A DNA stretch of 64,000 nucleotides from an uncultured cyanobacterium. Lineage in GTDB: Bacteria > Cyanobacteriota > Cyanobacteriia > Cyanobacteriales > CAWCAG01. Shown here in pieces: positions 50,854 through 61,645 of the stretch (position 1 is the stretch's first letter; every line of letters starts with the position of its first letter). The stretch spans positions 19,199-83,198 of the forward strand of contig CAWCAG010000006.1 of NCBI GenBank assembly GCA_963793425.1, written 5' to 3'. Position numbers and translations under genes: made by a program. The notes under the pieces were generated by a model. It was not told the DNA's origin. It searched no databases and saw only the letters and a list, made by a program, of their open reading frames with translations.

Positions 50854-51871
50854 GGTTCACCAATTTCCTTAAATTGGTATTGTTGGAAACGCTAGCCTTT
50901 ACTCTATCGCTATTTTGCACCGGATTGGGTTCACCAATTTCCTTAAATTGGTATTGTTGGAAAAAAAATATTAAACATCGTATTTGATCAGAATCTAGTA
51001 AAGAGGTTCACCAATTTCCTTAAATTGGTATTGTTGGAAACTGATATCTCGTAACTCCCCAATGAACAGTGCCTGGTTCACCAATTTCCTTAAATTGGTA
51101 TTGTTGGAAACATCGCCGTTGTCCCACGGGATGCCGAAAGGGACAAGTGGTTCACCAATTTCCTTAAATTGGTATTGTTGGAAACGTCGTTGCCAATTCT
51201 TGATAAATCTGACTACCTGGTTCACCAATTTCCTTAAATTGGTATTGTTGGAAACGAACGGTAGGTGCAAATCTAAAATTACCAATCAAGAAAGGTTCAC
51301 CAATTTCCTTAAATTGGTATTGTTGGAAACATTGTTGGAAACGAAGTAAACCACGCTTGTACATAGGATTCAGTTCAAGCGGGTTCACCAATTTCCTTAA
51401 ATTGGTATTGTTGGAAACATGGTGGTCGAGGCTCTTAGGGGGAATCAAAGCACGGTTCACCAATTTCCTTAAATTGGTATTGTTGGAAACACAGAATTGT
51501 ATTGTGCGTCTTCATCTTGCTTTTTGCGGTTCACCAATTTGCTTAAATTGGTATTGTTGGAAACGCGGATGTAAGATGTGTTTCCACTCCTGCCCTTCGG
51601 TTCACCAATTTCCTTAAATTGGTATTGTTGGAAACATTCAATTGGATCGTTGAAATTTTTAAATTACTCTCCCCTCTTAGGTTCACCAATTTCCTTAAAT
51701 TGGTATTGTTGGAAAACCACTTTTGGAAGTAGCGCGATCGCATTTTGATTATAGCTATGGTTCACCAATTTCCTTAAATTGGTATTGTTGGAAACGCGAT
51801 CGCATATATCTTTTGGCCACCAAGGCGAAATATCGGTTCACCAATTTCCTTAAATTGGTATTGTTGGAGAC
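50854..51871 (+). CRISPR. Array 3: 14 repeats, 13 spacers
   Basis: 37-nt repeat GGTTCACCAATTTCCTTAAATTGGTATTGTTGGAAAC. Confidence 0.98.
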
Positions 51872-51891
51872 GCGAAAGAAACTACCATTAA

Positions 51892-52158
51892 TAGGGTCAA
51901 ATATAGCGAGGCTGTTATGAAGTACACTTTGTCCCAAAAGTATTGATATATAAGGGTTTCAGAGTCGAAGGTTTTGTATATCTTTTTTAGTAGTATACAC
52001 GTAGAGAATAGCTACATAGCAGATATATCAGTAGCTAGAGCAATCGAGGAATAAAATGAAGAGGAAGCCTTTCATGACGAATTAGAGCAGGCTTCAAACG
52101 AGGGTAAGCATTACTTGCCCAGATGTTTCCATGCCCAAGTTCTAGCATCTGCGATCGC
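51892..52158. repeat. 267-bp dispersed repeat (copy at 55869-56135), probable IS end
   Basis: High identity; homology ends at a HIP1 site in both copies. Confidence 0.7.
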
Positions 52159-52278
52159 CACCTCATTTCGAGCCGCGTATGGAACCTTTTTTTGATACAC
52201 TTCTAACCAAAGAGATATCTTTCGTAGAGGGAGAAACAGTTGAGTTTGCTGAGTAGCGAACAATTAAGCTAATGTATT

Positions 52279-53745
52279 CTATGCCTTAGTTGAACAAACC
52301 GCAATAGGAAAGTCTCAGAAAAAGGGAGTAATTGGGAGTATTTTAGAGGTAAGTTTTGGCTAGCAAAGTAAGTCAATATAAGTAAAAACAAAGCAACAAT
52401 AAAATTAAGAATAATCAAAAAAGAGTTAGAGTAATAAAGATAGATGTAGAAGGGCTTAAAAGAAGTAAAAGAAAGTTCAAAAAAGCCAGAAACCAGACAG
52501 AGAAAGAGAAGTAGATCAACAATTTACAGAAAGTAAAATAAAGCAACAGAAAGTCGTAAAAGTGTGAGTAAACAATCTCGTAAAAGTGAAGATAAAAAAG
52601 AGAAAAAAAGAGAAAATAGAAAAAACTAACGACCACAAAAAAAAGAATTAATAAATATAAATAAACCTTGAAACTCTTGCCTGATAAGACATAAAAGGAT
52701 TTAAAAGCAAAAATAAGGAAAAAGAAATAATGACAAGGACACATAATATAGTAAAAAGAATAAATTGTCAAATCATCAGGTAAAGTAAAATGTGAGCAAA
52801 GTACAAAGACAGCTAGTAAAATAGAAAAATAAATTCATAAATTGAGAACAAAACAACCTTTATTTTGTAACTAGTTCGGAGATAAAATAACTAGTAACGA
52901 TGTAGAAATAAGATACATTAGTAATAAATAAAAAGAAGATTTGAGGGTGCAATAAGAACATCAATATTCTTCAAATAGCATCAGGGGAAAAGAAAGATGA
53001 ATTGGGTAACAGAAGAACTTAAGTATGCAGACTTAGGGGACACAAGGAGAAACAAACGGTTAGTAAAAATAGTAGAAGACCTAGCAGATCAACCTAACGT
53101 CAGCGTCATTTCAGTTATCAGTTATCAGTTATCAGTTATCAGTTGGGGCTAATAGGGCAGAAAGTATGGGCTAGAGAGAAAAAGCATCGTAGCTTAGAAA
53201 AAGAAGGACATATAAAGGACATAGAGAAGCGGGAGTCTCAACGCTGGATAGAAAGCCTAGAAAAAAGCCAAGAAGCATTGCCAGAAGGAGTAAAAGGAAT
53301 AACAGTCGCAGATAGAGAAGCAGACATACATAAGCTTCTGGTCAGGCATAAACAATTAGGAGCAGACTTCATCATTAGAGCTTGCCAGAATAGGCGAAGC
53401 ATAGAACTAATCAATAGAAAAGGAAGAAAACAACCACTATGGGACGCAGTACGAGAGCTTCCCAGAAAAGGGAAAATAACTATCAAACTACAGAGAACGC
53501 CAAAAAGGAAAAAAGTCAGGACAGCAGAACTGTCTATAAGGTATGGAACAGTACCATTAAGGCCACCAGAGTCAGCATCAGCAGAAGAAAAAAAAGAAAA
53601 GCTCACAACTCAAGTAATACTGGCAGAAGAAGAAAATCCGCCACCGGGAGAAGAGCCAGTAGTGTGGCTATTACTAACAAGTTTAGAAGTAAACAGCTTC
53701 TCCCGAAGCGAGAAAATCTTAGAACTGTACTCTTACCGTTGGTTA
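52279..53745 (+). mobile_element. IS4-family (IS50-like) remnant: ~700-bp A-rich arm and broken transposase from 52997
   Basis: MNWVTEELKYADLGDTRRNKRL; KRESQRW, VADREADI, WLLLTS, YSYRWL. Confidence 0.82.
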
Positions 53746-54870
53746 GAGAGAGCCACAAAAAGAATGATCCAGTTTAAGCTAGGAGAATTAGGGGTGAAAA
53801 AAGTGGATGAAGAAACTAAGCGAAAGTATAAAAGCTCTTTACATAAAAACGGCAACGCAACTAAAAGGTAGTGCAAGAAGACAATTTATGGCAGCAGTAG
53901 TGAAAGAATTAGGTGTAGGGGGACAAAGTTTAGCAGAAAGAGAATTGAAGTGGAATCGACGAACAATTCGTAAAGGAATGAAGGAATTAACCAGTGGCGA
54001 AGAAATTAAGGATGGTTATGAACGTAGTGGACGCAAACGAGTAGAAGAGAAACTGCCGCAATTGCTCGAAGATATAGAAGCCTTGGTAGAGCCACAAACA
54101 CAAACAGACCTAAGTTTCTTGAGTACAAGATTATATACTCGTCTGAGTGCAGTACAGGTGCGTCGTCAGTTAATCAAACACAAAGGCTATACCGAAGAAG
54201 AATTACCGAGTGTAGAGCAGTAATCAAGATTGGGGAATTTGACAGAGGAGGTAAAACCAGAGTCCCGACAATAGCTCTAGACCATGACTTTACCCCCACT
54301 ACAACAATAACTCCCTATGGTATTTTTTTGCCTCAATACCAGGAGTTGTACTTGTTCTTTGTCAGCTCCAAACTGACCGCAGATTGTATTGTGGATTTGC
54401 TCTGGTTGTGGTGGTCAATGGTTAAAGACCGCTTTCGAGATATCGATAAATTGGTATTAAACCAGGACAATGGCCCAGAAAACCATTCCCGTCGGACTCA
54501 GTTTCTCCATCGAATTGTGGAGTTTGCTTGTCAGTCTCAACTCCAGGTTAGCTTGGCTTACTATCCTCCTTATCACAGCAAATATAATCCCGTCGAGCGT
54601 GCCTTTGGCTGGTTAGAGCAGCATTGGAATGGTAGCTTACTTGACAGCGTTGAAACGGTGCTACGCTTTGCTGAAAACTTAACTTTTCAAGGGCAGCAAC
54701 CTGTCGTCCGGCTCGTGGAGAAAGTTTATCATACTGGAGTTAAATTAACTCAGCAGGCTATGTCCGAGTTGGAGAAACAAGTTCAGAGATTTTCCTCTTT
54801 GCCCAAGTGGTTTGTCGATATCGTCGGTAAACCTACTTGATTATTGGATCATCCTTTTTGTGGTCTTCTC
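53746..54870 (+). mobile_element. ISAzo13-family element, internally deleted
   Basis: TIRs GAGAGAGCCACAAAAAGAATGATCCA / TGGATCATCCTTTTTGTGGTCTTCTC; TTA on both sides; DNGPENHSRRTQF, YPPYHSKYNPVE. Confidence 0.85.
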
Positions 54871-55219
54871 TTAGAGCTTTGATCTCGGACTTAGCCGGAG
54901 TTGATTTCTTTAGAGGGAATAACAGGAGATTTGAACATAAATTCTGATGTCTTTTGAAACACACAATACCAAGATAATATCCTAAGATACCCTATCTTTC
55001 GCCCTGTCTTCTATGTTGCTTCCTGAAAAAGTAGTAGTGATTTGATGTTATATTGGTTTTAGCAATCCTCATATTGAGGAAAACCCAGAAGCTGGCAACA
55101 ACTTCCGGGCTTCATTGAACCTCAGATTAATGATATACTAAAAGGCTTATTTTGATAAATAAGCTTTTTTAGTATTTAGTATTTAGTCTTTAGTTTTGAG
55201 TTCTTGATTTAGAAGAGTA

Positions 55220-55690
55220 TCAACCCGAATTTCTCTTTAAAAAGCGAATTGTTAATGGGTAACGATAAAACTGTCCGCTACTAGCTTTTACTGCGGCAAA
55301 AATGGCTAAAACAAACTGTAGTAATCCGATAATAACTCCCAAGGCAACTAGCCCAAAAATGCCAAATGTGCCGAAGAATAAAGCAATTAAACCACCATCA
55401 CTACCCCCAGCGATCGCACCAGCAAAAATTAAAATAAACAAGGCTGCGAAAAATACTATCGTCAAGACAATCCCATAAATAGTCATCGAAATTTGGAAAT
55501 TTAGCGATTCTCTTCCGTGGGCATCAATAAACTCATCTTCGTCTTTCTTAATTAACCAGACAATCAACGGGCCAATGATATTAGTGAAGGCAAAGGGCGG
55601 CAAACCAACAAATGCTAGGAGCAAGCCGACAAGTGAGACTAAATGGCATAACATTGCCCAATTATGTACTTCTGGACGTAGAGATTTCAC
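55220..55690 (-). CDS. DUF4870 (Tic20-like) membrane protein
   Basis: WAMLCHL, GPLIVW, HGRESLNFQIS, YRYPLTIRF. Confidence 0.88.
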   Translation of the reverse strand: MKSLRPEVHNWAMLCHLVSLVGLLLAFVGLPPFAFTNIIGPLIVWLIKKDEDEFIDAHGRESLNFQISMTIYGIVLTIVFFAALFILIFAGAIAGGSDGGLIALFFGTFGIFGLVALGVIIGLLQFVLAIFAAVKASSGQFYRYPLTIRFLKRNSG

Positions 55691-55782
55691 GAGCGCTTAC
55701 CTCACATTTTAGCTATGAATCAATATTAAGCGATCACGAAGATTGATTAGAATGGCTATATTATGTAAACTCTGTCCTAACT

Positions 55783-55835
55783 ATGCCCTCTCCATTCCCT
55801 GGCATGAACCCCTACTTAGAGAATCCTAACCTTTA
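55783..55835 (+). pseudogene. 5' fragment of a DUF4058-like gene
   Basis: MPSPFPGMNPYLENP followed by a stop. Confidence 0.55.
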
Positions 55836-56212
55836 AAATCTTAGCATTATTGCGATCGTGTCTCCTACCAGGGCTAGATCTAGCGAAGCTGCTATAAAGG
55901 GCTGTTTGTCGCAAAAGCATTGATATATAAGGGTTTCAGAGCCGAAGATTTTGTATATCTTTCTTAATGGTATACACGTAGAGAATAGCTACAGAGCAGA
56001 TATATCAGTAGTTAGAGCAATCGAGCAATAAAATGAAGAGGAAGCCTTTCATGACGAGTTAGAGCAGGCTTCAAACGAGGGTAAGCATTACTTGCCCAGA
56101 TGTTTCCATACCCACGTTCTAGCATCTGCGATCGCGGCTTAAGTTCGCATTACGATCACATTTTCAGTCCAAATCCCTATCTTGCACAATTGTCGCTAGA
56201 TTATTAGACTTA

Positions 56213-57240
56213 TAGCAATTCCACGACTTGTGAGGTACAGTTATAGTGAAAATATCTAATTAGTAAAGTATCGACGATGAAACCTTATTCATGGGACTTT
56301 AGACAGAAAATAATAGAAGTACATGAGAAAGAGAATATCTCCATTAGAAAACTAGCTGAACGTTTTTGTGTAGCCAAAAGCTTTGTGCAGAAATTGCTCA
56401 AACAATATAGAGAGACAGGAGATATTAGTCCCAAACAATCTGGTGGCAATCCCAAACCAAAACTAAATGCAGAGCAGATAGTTATCTTAGTAGAAATAAT
56501 AGAAGCAAATAATGATGCAACTCTATTAGAACTGTGTGATTTGCTCTTAGAAAAGACTCAAATTAGAGTAAGTAAATCAACCATGGGAAAAATAACTCAA
56601 AAGTTAAATTACAGTGTCAAAAAAAACACTATATGCAGCAGAAAAAGAAAGTGAAAGAGTACTGCAAAAGCGTGTAGAGTATTGGGAGCAACTGAGAGAT
56701 ATAAAAGTTGAAGACCTGGTATTCATAGATGAGAGTGGAGTGAATCTCGCTATGGTGAGACTTTATGCAAGAGCTTTAAGAGGAAAAAGAGCTAGAGGAA
56801 AAAAGCCCCAAAAAAGAGGTAAAAATGTGTCAATGATTAGTGCTTTATCTCTGAAAAAAGTTCTAGCATCAATAAATATATATGGAGGTGTAAATGGGGT
56901 AACATTTGAAGGTTTTGTAGTGAACTTATTAATACCAGAGCTGTGGGAGAATGCTTGTGTAGTCATGGACAATGCCAAAATTCATCTGGGAGAAATGGTG
57001 AGAGAAGCTATAGAACAAGCAGGAGCCAAACTGATTTATCTTCCTCCTTATTCTCCTGAATTTTCACCGATTGAGAACTTTTGGTCGAAAGTCAAAAGTA
57101 TCTTAAAAAAACTTGGAGCAAGAACTTATAAAGATTTAATTGAGGGGATTAGTGAAGCTATGCTTCAAGTTACCAACGAAAATATTCGCAACTGGTTTAC
57201 CCACTGCTGCTACTGTACCTCATGAGTCCGAGAAACGCTA
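56213..57240 (+). mobile_element. IS630 family element; ORFs 56277-56654 and 56614-57225 joined by a -1 frameshift
   Basis: TA target duplication; imperfect TIRs; A-run at ~56618; FIDESG, VMDNA, LPPYSPEFSPIE. Confidence 0.92.
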
Positions 57241-57255
57241 TACATTAAAACAAAT

Positions 57256-57633
57256 ATGGAAAAATTAGAATTATATAAACAAAAAGTAGGCAATTTAAAA
57301 CGCTACCAACTAGTGGGGATTTACTTAGATTCCTTCTTGTCAAGTCTTAATCTTGAGTTTACTTATGGATTGCCAAAAGAAGACAAAATATTCCGATTTA
57401 CAAATATCCTAGGTTTTGCTATTTCAAAAGTACCAGAAGATGACGAAGGATGTTTTTCAATTTATGAAGTTTCTATAGATATTTTCGATAGAACTAATAA
57501 GAATATCATTCTTCTAAAAAATGTTGAAATTAAGAAAAGAAACCACGAACTTTTTCACTTTTCTGTGGATGGAGGAGCTAGAGTTGAAGTCATTTTCGGC
57601 TATTTACACTTTTTTGAAGCTCAAGATATCTGA
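57256..57633 (+). CDS. Hypothetical protein
   Basis: 125-aa AT-rich ORF. Confidence 0.5.
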   Translation: MEKLELYKQKVGNLKRYQLVGIYLDSFLSSLNLEFTYGLPKEDKIFRFTNILGFAISKVPEDDEGCFSIYEVSIDIFDRTNKNIILLKNVEIKKRNHELFHFSVDGGARVEVIFGYLHFFEAQDI

Positions 57634-57646
57634 TGTTCAAAGAATG

Positions 57647-58085
57647 CTATGCCTTAGTTGAACAAACCTCAACGTGAAGGTATCAGAAAAAGGTAGTAAT
57701 AGAGAGTAATTGAGAGGTGATTTTTAGCTAGCAAAGTAAGTCAAAATAAGTAAAAACAAAGCAACAATAAAATTAAGAATAATCAAAAAACAATTAGAGT
57801 AATAAAGATAGATGTAGAAGGGCTTAAAAGAAGTAAAAGAAAGTTCAAAAAAGCCAGAAACCAGACAGAGAAAGAGAAGTAGATCAACAATTTACAGAAA
57901 GTAAAATAAAGCAACAGAAAGTCGTAAAAGCGTGAGTAAATAATCTCGTAAAAGTGAAGATAAAAAAGAGAAAACTAAATTCATAAATCGAGAACAAAAT
58001 AACCTTTATTTTGTAACTAGTTCAGAGATAAAATAACTAGTAACGATGTAGAAATAAGATACATTAGTAATAAATAAAAAGAAGG
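57647..58085 (+). mobile_element. A-rich IS4-like arm, copy 3 (internally deleted)
   Basis: Starts CTATGCCTTAGTTGAACAA. Confidence 0.7.
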
Positions 58086-58480
58086 CTTTATTTGTTGATG
58101 ATGCTCATGGAATCCACAATAAAACTTTGTCTGGTCTCAAACGTTTGATTGAGCTAGTTCATCAAAATGGTGGTCTTCTTTCTGTTGTTTTGGCTGGTCA
58201 TCCTAGGCTCCGCAATGATTTGTGTCGCCCCAACCTAGAGGAGATTGGCGCTCGTGCTAGTCTTTTTACTCTAGAAGGTATTCGGGGTCATCAGTCTGAG
58301 TATAATTTGCAGATAATCTGAGCCGAGTTTTCTTGTTTGCAAGCCGAGTTTTCTTATTTGCAAATAATTTGAGCCTATTTGCAGATAATCTGAGTCCAAA
58401 CGCGGTCTTATTTGCAAATAATTTGAGCCGAAAACTTCCTTGTTTGTAAGTCCGAGCCGTATTGTTTGCAAGCCGCTACA
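58086..58480 (+). mobile_element. Transposon remnant: ExeA/TniB-like ATPase fragment plus a terminus with repeated binding sites
   Basis: ALFVDDAH...LSVVLAGHPRL; TTTGCA(A/G)ATAAT(C/T)TGAG repeated four times; ends ...GCCGCTACA. Confidence 0.6.
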
Positions 58481-58651
58481 GTTAACCCTTCAAAGAAAGT
58501 AACTGTAGCTCTTTCTGCTCTAATTGCCTGTTCCACCTTTGACCCTACTAATAATCAACTTCTTCGAGTGCCTCATCTAAAAGCATCCGAACAATATCTG
58601 CTTTACTCGTGCGAGTGTGAACTCCCAAGAGGGAGAGTTTCTCAATCCAAG

Positions 58652-59050
58652 CTAATCTGGAGAATGATCCAGGTTGATGGAGTCCAAGAGTTGCGCCTCG
58701 GTAGCTCCTTTAAGCTTATTGTCTTGAGCAAGAAGTAAATCCACAGCAACTCTAATCAGAGTATTTTCAGTAATTCTTTCCCCTCCTTTTTTTGCTCGGT
58801 TTAACTTTCTGGCTAAGACAGTTAGCTGGTCTAATTGGTCTTCCCTAATTCGAGCTTCCTTACGAACTAAGGTTAGGTATTTGGGTAGCTTAGTAGGAGT
58901 TGGAAACTTTGTAACTCTGTAAGTACCCGACTCTGGCACTCTGTAAACGCCAGATTTAGGTACTTTATTAGTTTGTGATTTCTGCTGTTGTGCTGGGTCT
59001 TTATCGGTTTCGTGTTCAACCAAATCAGTTAGCTTCTTTCTTTTAGCCAT
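58652..59050 (-). CDS. Plasmid-type partition/CopG-like small DNA-binding protein
   Basis: RKEARIREDQ...ERITENTLIRVAVDLLL; no ParA next to it. Confidence 0.6.
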   Translation of the reverse strand: MAKRKKLTDLVEHETDKDPAQQQKSQTNKVPKSGVYRVPESGTYRVTKFPTPTKLPKYLTLVRKEARIREDQLDQLTVLARKLNRAKKGGERITENTLIRVAVDLLLAQDNKLKGATEAQLLDSINLDHSPD

Positions 59051-59308
59051 TACTTGGGTTTATCACTAACAAAGTTTGTTACTTACAGAGTACCAGAGAA
59101 TTTACATTTCCCAGGGGTTAAGAATTAGGAGTAAGGGGTTTTTGAAGTATGTCAACTTTTAGTAGATAAGAGAAGCTAATAACAAAGGTAAGGAAAGCTC
59201 ATCCTCATATTGTTTACATTAGTTTACAAACCTGTCACAATGGAGTTATACCAAGTAAGTTAAACCAACTTCGCTTTTTTATATATCATTCACGCAATTA
59301 TTTGAACC

Positions 59309-60391
59309 ATGACAACTACATTACAACGTAGCCAAAGCGCAAGCTCTTGGGAACGGTTTTGCAGTTGGATCACCAGCACCGAAAACCGCCTCTATGTAGG
59401 TTGGTTTGGAGTCTTAATGATCCCAACCCTGTTAGCCGCCACCACTTGCTTTTTAATCGCCTTCGTCGCAGCACCTCCTGTAGACATTGACGGAATCCGC
59501 GAACCAGTAGCAGGTTCATTACTTTATGGAAACAACATCATCTCTGGTGCAGTTGTTCCATCATCTAATGCCATCGGCTTACACTTCTACCCAATTTGGG
59601 AAGCAGCTTCTCTTGATGAGTGGTTGTATAACGGTGGTCCCTACCAGCTAGTGATTTTCCACTTCCTCATTGGCATATTTGCTTACATGGGAAGAGAGTG
59701 GGAACTATCCTACCGCTTAGGAATGCGTCCTTGGATCTGTGTAGCTTACTCTGCTCCAGTAGCAGCAGCAAGTGCAGTATTCCTAATCTACCCATTAGGA
59801 CAAGGAAGCTTCTCAGATGGAATGCCTTTAGGTATCTCCGGAACCTTCAACTTCATGTTTGTCTTCCAAGCAGAACACAACATCTTAATGCACCCCTTCC
59901 ATATGTTGGGAGTAGCGGGTGTATTTGGTGGAGCATTATTCAGTGCCATGCACGGAAGCTTGGTCACCTCTAGCTTAGTTAGAGAAACCACCGAAACCGA
60001 ATCACAGAACTACGGTTACAAATTCGGACAAGAAGAAGAAACCTACAACATTGTTGCGGCACACGGTTATTTTGGTCGTCTCATCTTCCAATATGCCTCC
60101 TTCAACAACAGTCGTAGCCTTCACTTTTTATTAGGAGCATGGCCAGTAGTAGGAATCTGGTTCACCGCATTAGGAATCTCGACAATGGCGTTTAACCTCA
60201 ACGGATTCAACTTCAACCAGTCGATACTAGATTCACAAGGTCATGTAGTCAACACCTGGGCTGATGTATTAAACCGCGCCAACTTAGGCTTTGAAGTAAT
60301 GCACGAGCGCAATGCTCACAACTTCCCCTTAGATTTAGCAGCAGGCGAGTCTACACCAGTAGCTCTCACTGCCCCAGCTATCAACGGCTAA
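59309..60391 (+). CDS. psbA: Photosystem II D1 protein, Glu130 (high-light, D1:2-type) form
   Basis: Canonical 360-aa D1; YMGREWE; Mn-cluster ligands intact. Confidence 0.99.
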   Translation: MTTTLQRSQSASSWERFCSWITSTENRLYVGWFGVLMIPTLLAATTCFLIAFVAAPPVDIDGIREPVAGSLLYGNNIISGAVVPSSNAIGLHFYPIWEAASLDEWLYNGGPYQLVIFHFLIGIFAYMGREWELSYRLGMRPWICVAYSAPVAAASAVFLIYPLGQGSFSDGMPLGISGTFNFMFVFQAEHNILMHPFHMLGVAGVFGGALFSAMHGSLVTSSLVRETTETESQNYGYKFGQEEETYNIVAAHGYFGRLIFQYASFNNSRSLHFLLGAWPVVGIWFTALGISTMAFNLNGFNFNQSILDSQGHVVNTWADVLNRANLGFEVMHERNAHNFPLDLAAGESTPVALTAPAING

Positions 60392-60425
60392 GTTGCTGCT
60401 TACAACTAAAATTAAATAGCTAAAT

Positions 60426-60462
60426 AAAAAAAGCGTCCTCCGCAAATGGGGGGCGCTTTTTT
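60426..60462. terminator. Bidirectional intrinsic terminator after psbA
   Basis: AAAAAAAGCGTCCTCC-GCAAAT-GGGGGGCGCTTTTTT. Confidence 0.85.
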
Positions 60463-60624
60463 CGGTTGAATCTAGCTTTAATAGACATCTCCAGAAAAGA
60501 GTTTTTCTCCTCCACCAGACGTTTCGCGTTCGTATAAACCGACGGGATACCGAGAGTCAACCGAGTTGTCCTGCGCCACAATCTCTGATTTAGCGACAGG
60601 ATCTGTCACCTTCAGCACAGCCTA

Positions 60625-61461
60625 TTACTCGACAAGTTCCATAGCGATGGGGACATTTAGCTTAGAGAGCAGATCGCTAACGTTCTGTAAATTTGCTTGA
60701 CTAGGTTCAATCTGGCTGATTACCTCTACTAAAGCCGCCGCATGATCTTTTTCATCAAGAGCCGCGAAATCAATCGTTGGACGATTCCGCAGGGGCAGTT
60801 CCTCAATTAACTGTGGAATCTGCACATCTGGTATCACAAGTAGTCTACCGGATTCGGGTTCAATTGTGTTGAGGCCTTTGCCACTCGCTAGTACAAGCGG
60901 GTAATTAATTTGGTCAAAATCGCCACCACCGCTAGGGAAGTTATTAGGCAAGAACGTACCGCGAATTTCAGGATTGAGCAGTACTTTTACTGGACTATCA
61001 CTTTGAGGTACGCGCCTGAATCGTGGTGGGAAGCTTTGAAACCTAAAAACTGCTGGCAACCGCAGTCGAACGAATCCTCGTACTTCCAAGTCAGGGTTGG
61101 GATCTGCTAGCAAAGCTGGAGTGAGATTAGGTAGTAGCTGTAGGGAAGCCGTTTGCTTCCCTCCCAAGCGGAAACTAGTTGAAAATCGCGTTGTACCTAC
61201 CGCAGCACTAACCGGTGAGAGAGTCAGAGGCTGGTTTGCTCCTGCAACATCGAGAAGGACGGTGGCATTACCAGCCAAAGTGCGGTCTGAATCAGGAGGG
61301 TCTGGGAGACTGATTTGAAATTCTAAGGTATAGCGAAATTCTTCGTCTTCAAGGTTGGAAATGGTTAAAAAGTAGCCTTGCACAACCCGGCGAGCCAAGG
61401 TAGGACTGGTCGGAGGGGGCGCAATGCGCTTAGCAAGCAGTTCAAATGTAGAAACTTCCAT
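60625..61461 (-). CDS. Hypothetical protein
   Basis: Long ORF; start inferred at MEVSTFELL. Confidence 0.7.
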   Translation of the reverse strand: MEVSTFELLAKRIAPPPTSPTLARRVVQGYFLTISNLEDEEFRYTLEFQISLPDPPDSDRTLAGNATVLLDVAGANQPLTLSPVSAAVGTTRFSTSFRLGGKQTASLQLLPNLTPALLADPNPDLEVRGFVRLRLPAVFRFQSFPPRFRRVPQSDSPVKVLLNPEIRGTFLPNNFPSGGGDFDQINYPLVLASGKGLNTIEPESGRLLVIPDVQIPQLIEELPLRNRPTIDFAALDEKDHAAALVEVISQIEPSQANLQNVSDLLSKLNVPIAMELVE

Positions 61462-61645
61462 CGGATTTTTTAGCCTAAATATTTTGTTGAAAAAAGCTTT
61501 TCTTGCTCTTGTGTTAATTACTACGCACAGCAATTAAAAAATATTCCTTTTCTTTAAGGGGTTTAGTGATAAGTTACAAGCTACATCCCCTGTCACATAA
61601 GCTTTTTCACCAAAAAAAGCAAAATTGCTATTTCAGCCTATTGGA

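Noticed and set aside
50609..51937. ORFs across array 3 and its leader
   Set aside because: Translations of CRISPR repeats and leader
23517..52771. Phe/Leu-rich minus-strand ORFs at 23517 and 52415
   Set aside because: By-products of the A-rich arm; frames not conserved between copies
60378..60391. psbA 3' end as target of the twin spacers
   Set aside because: Only 10 nt (CAACGGCTAA) shared
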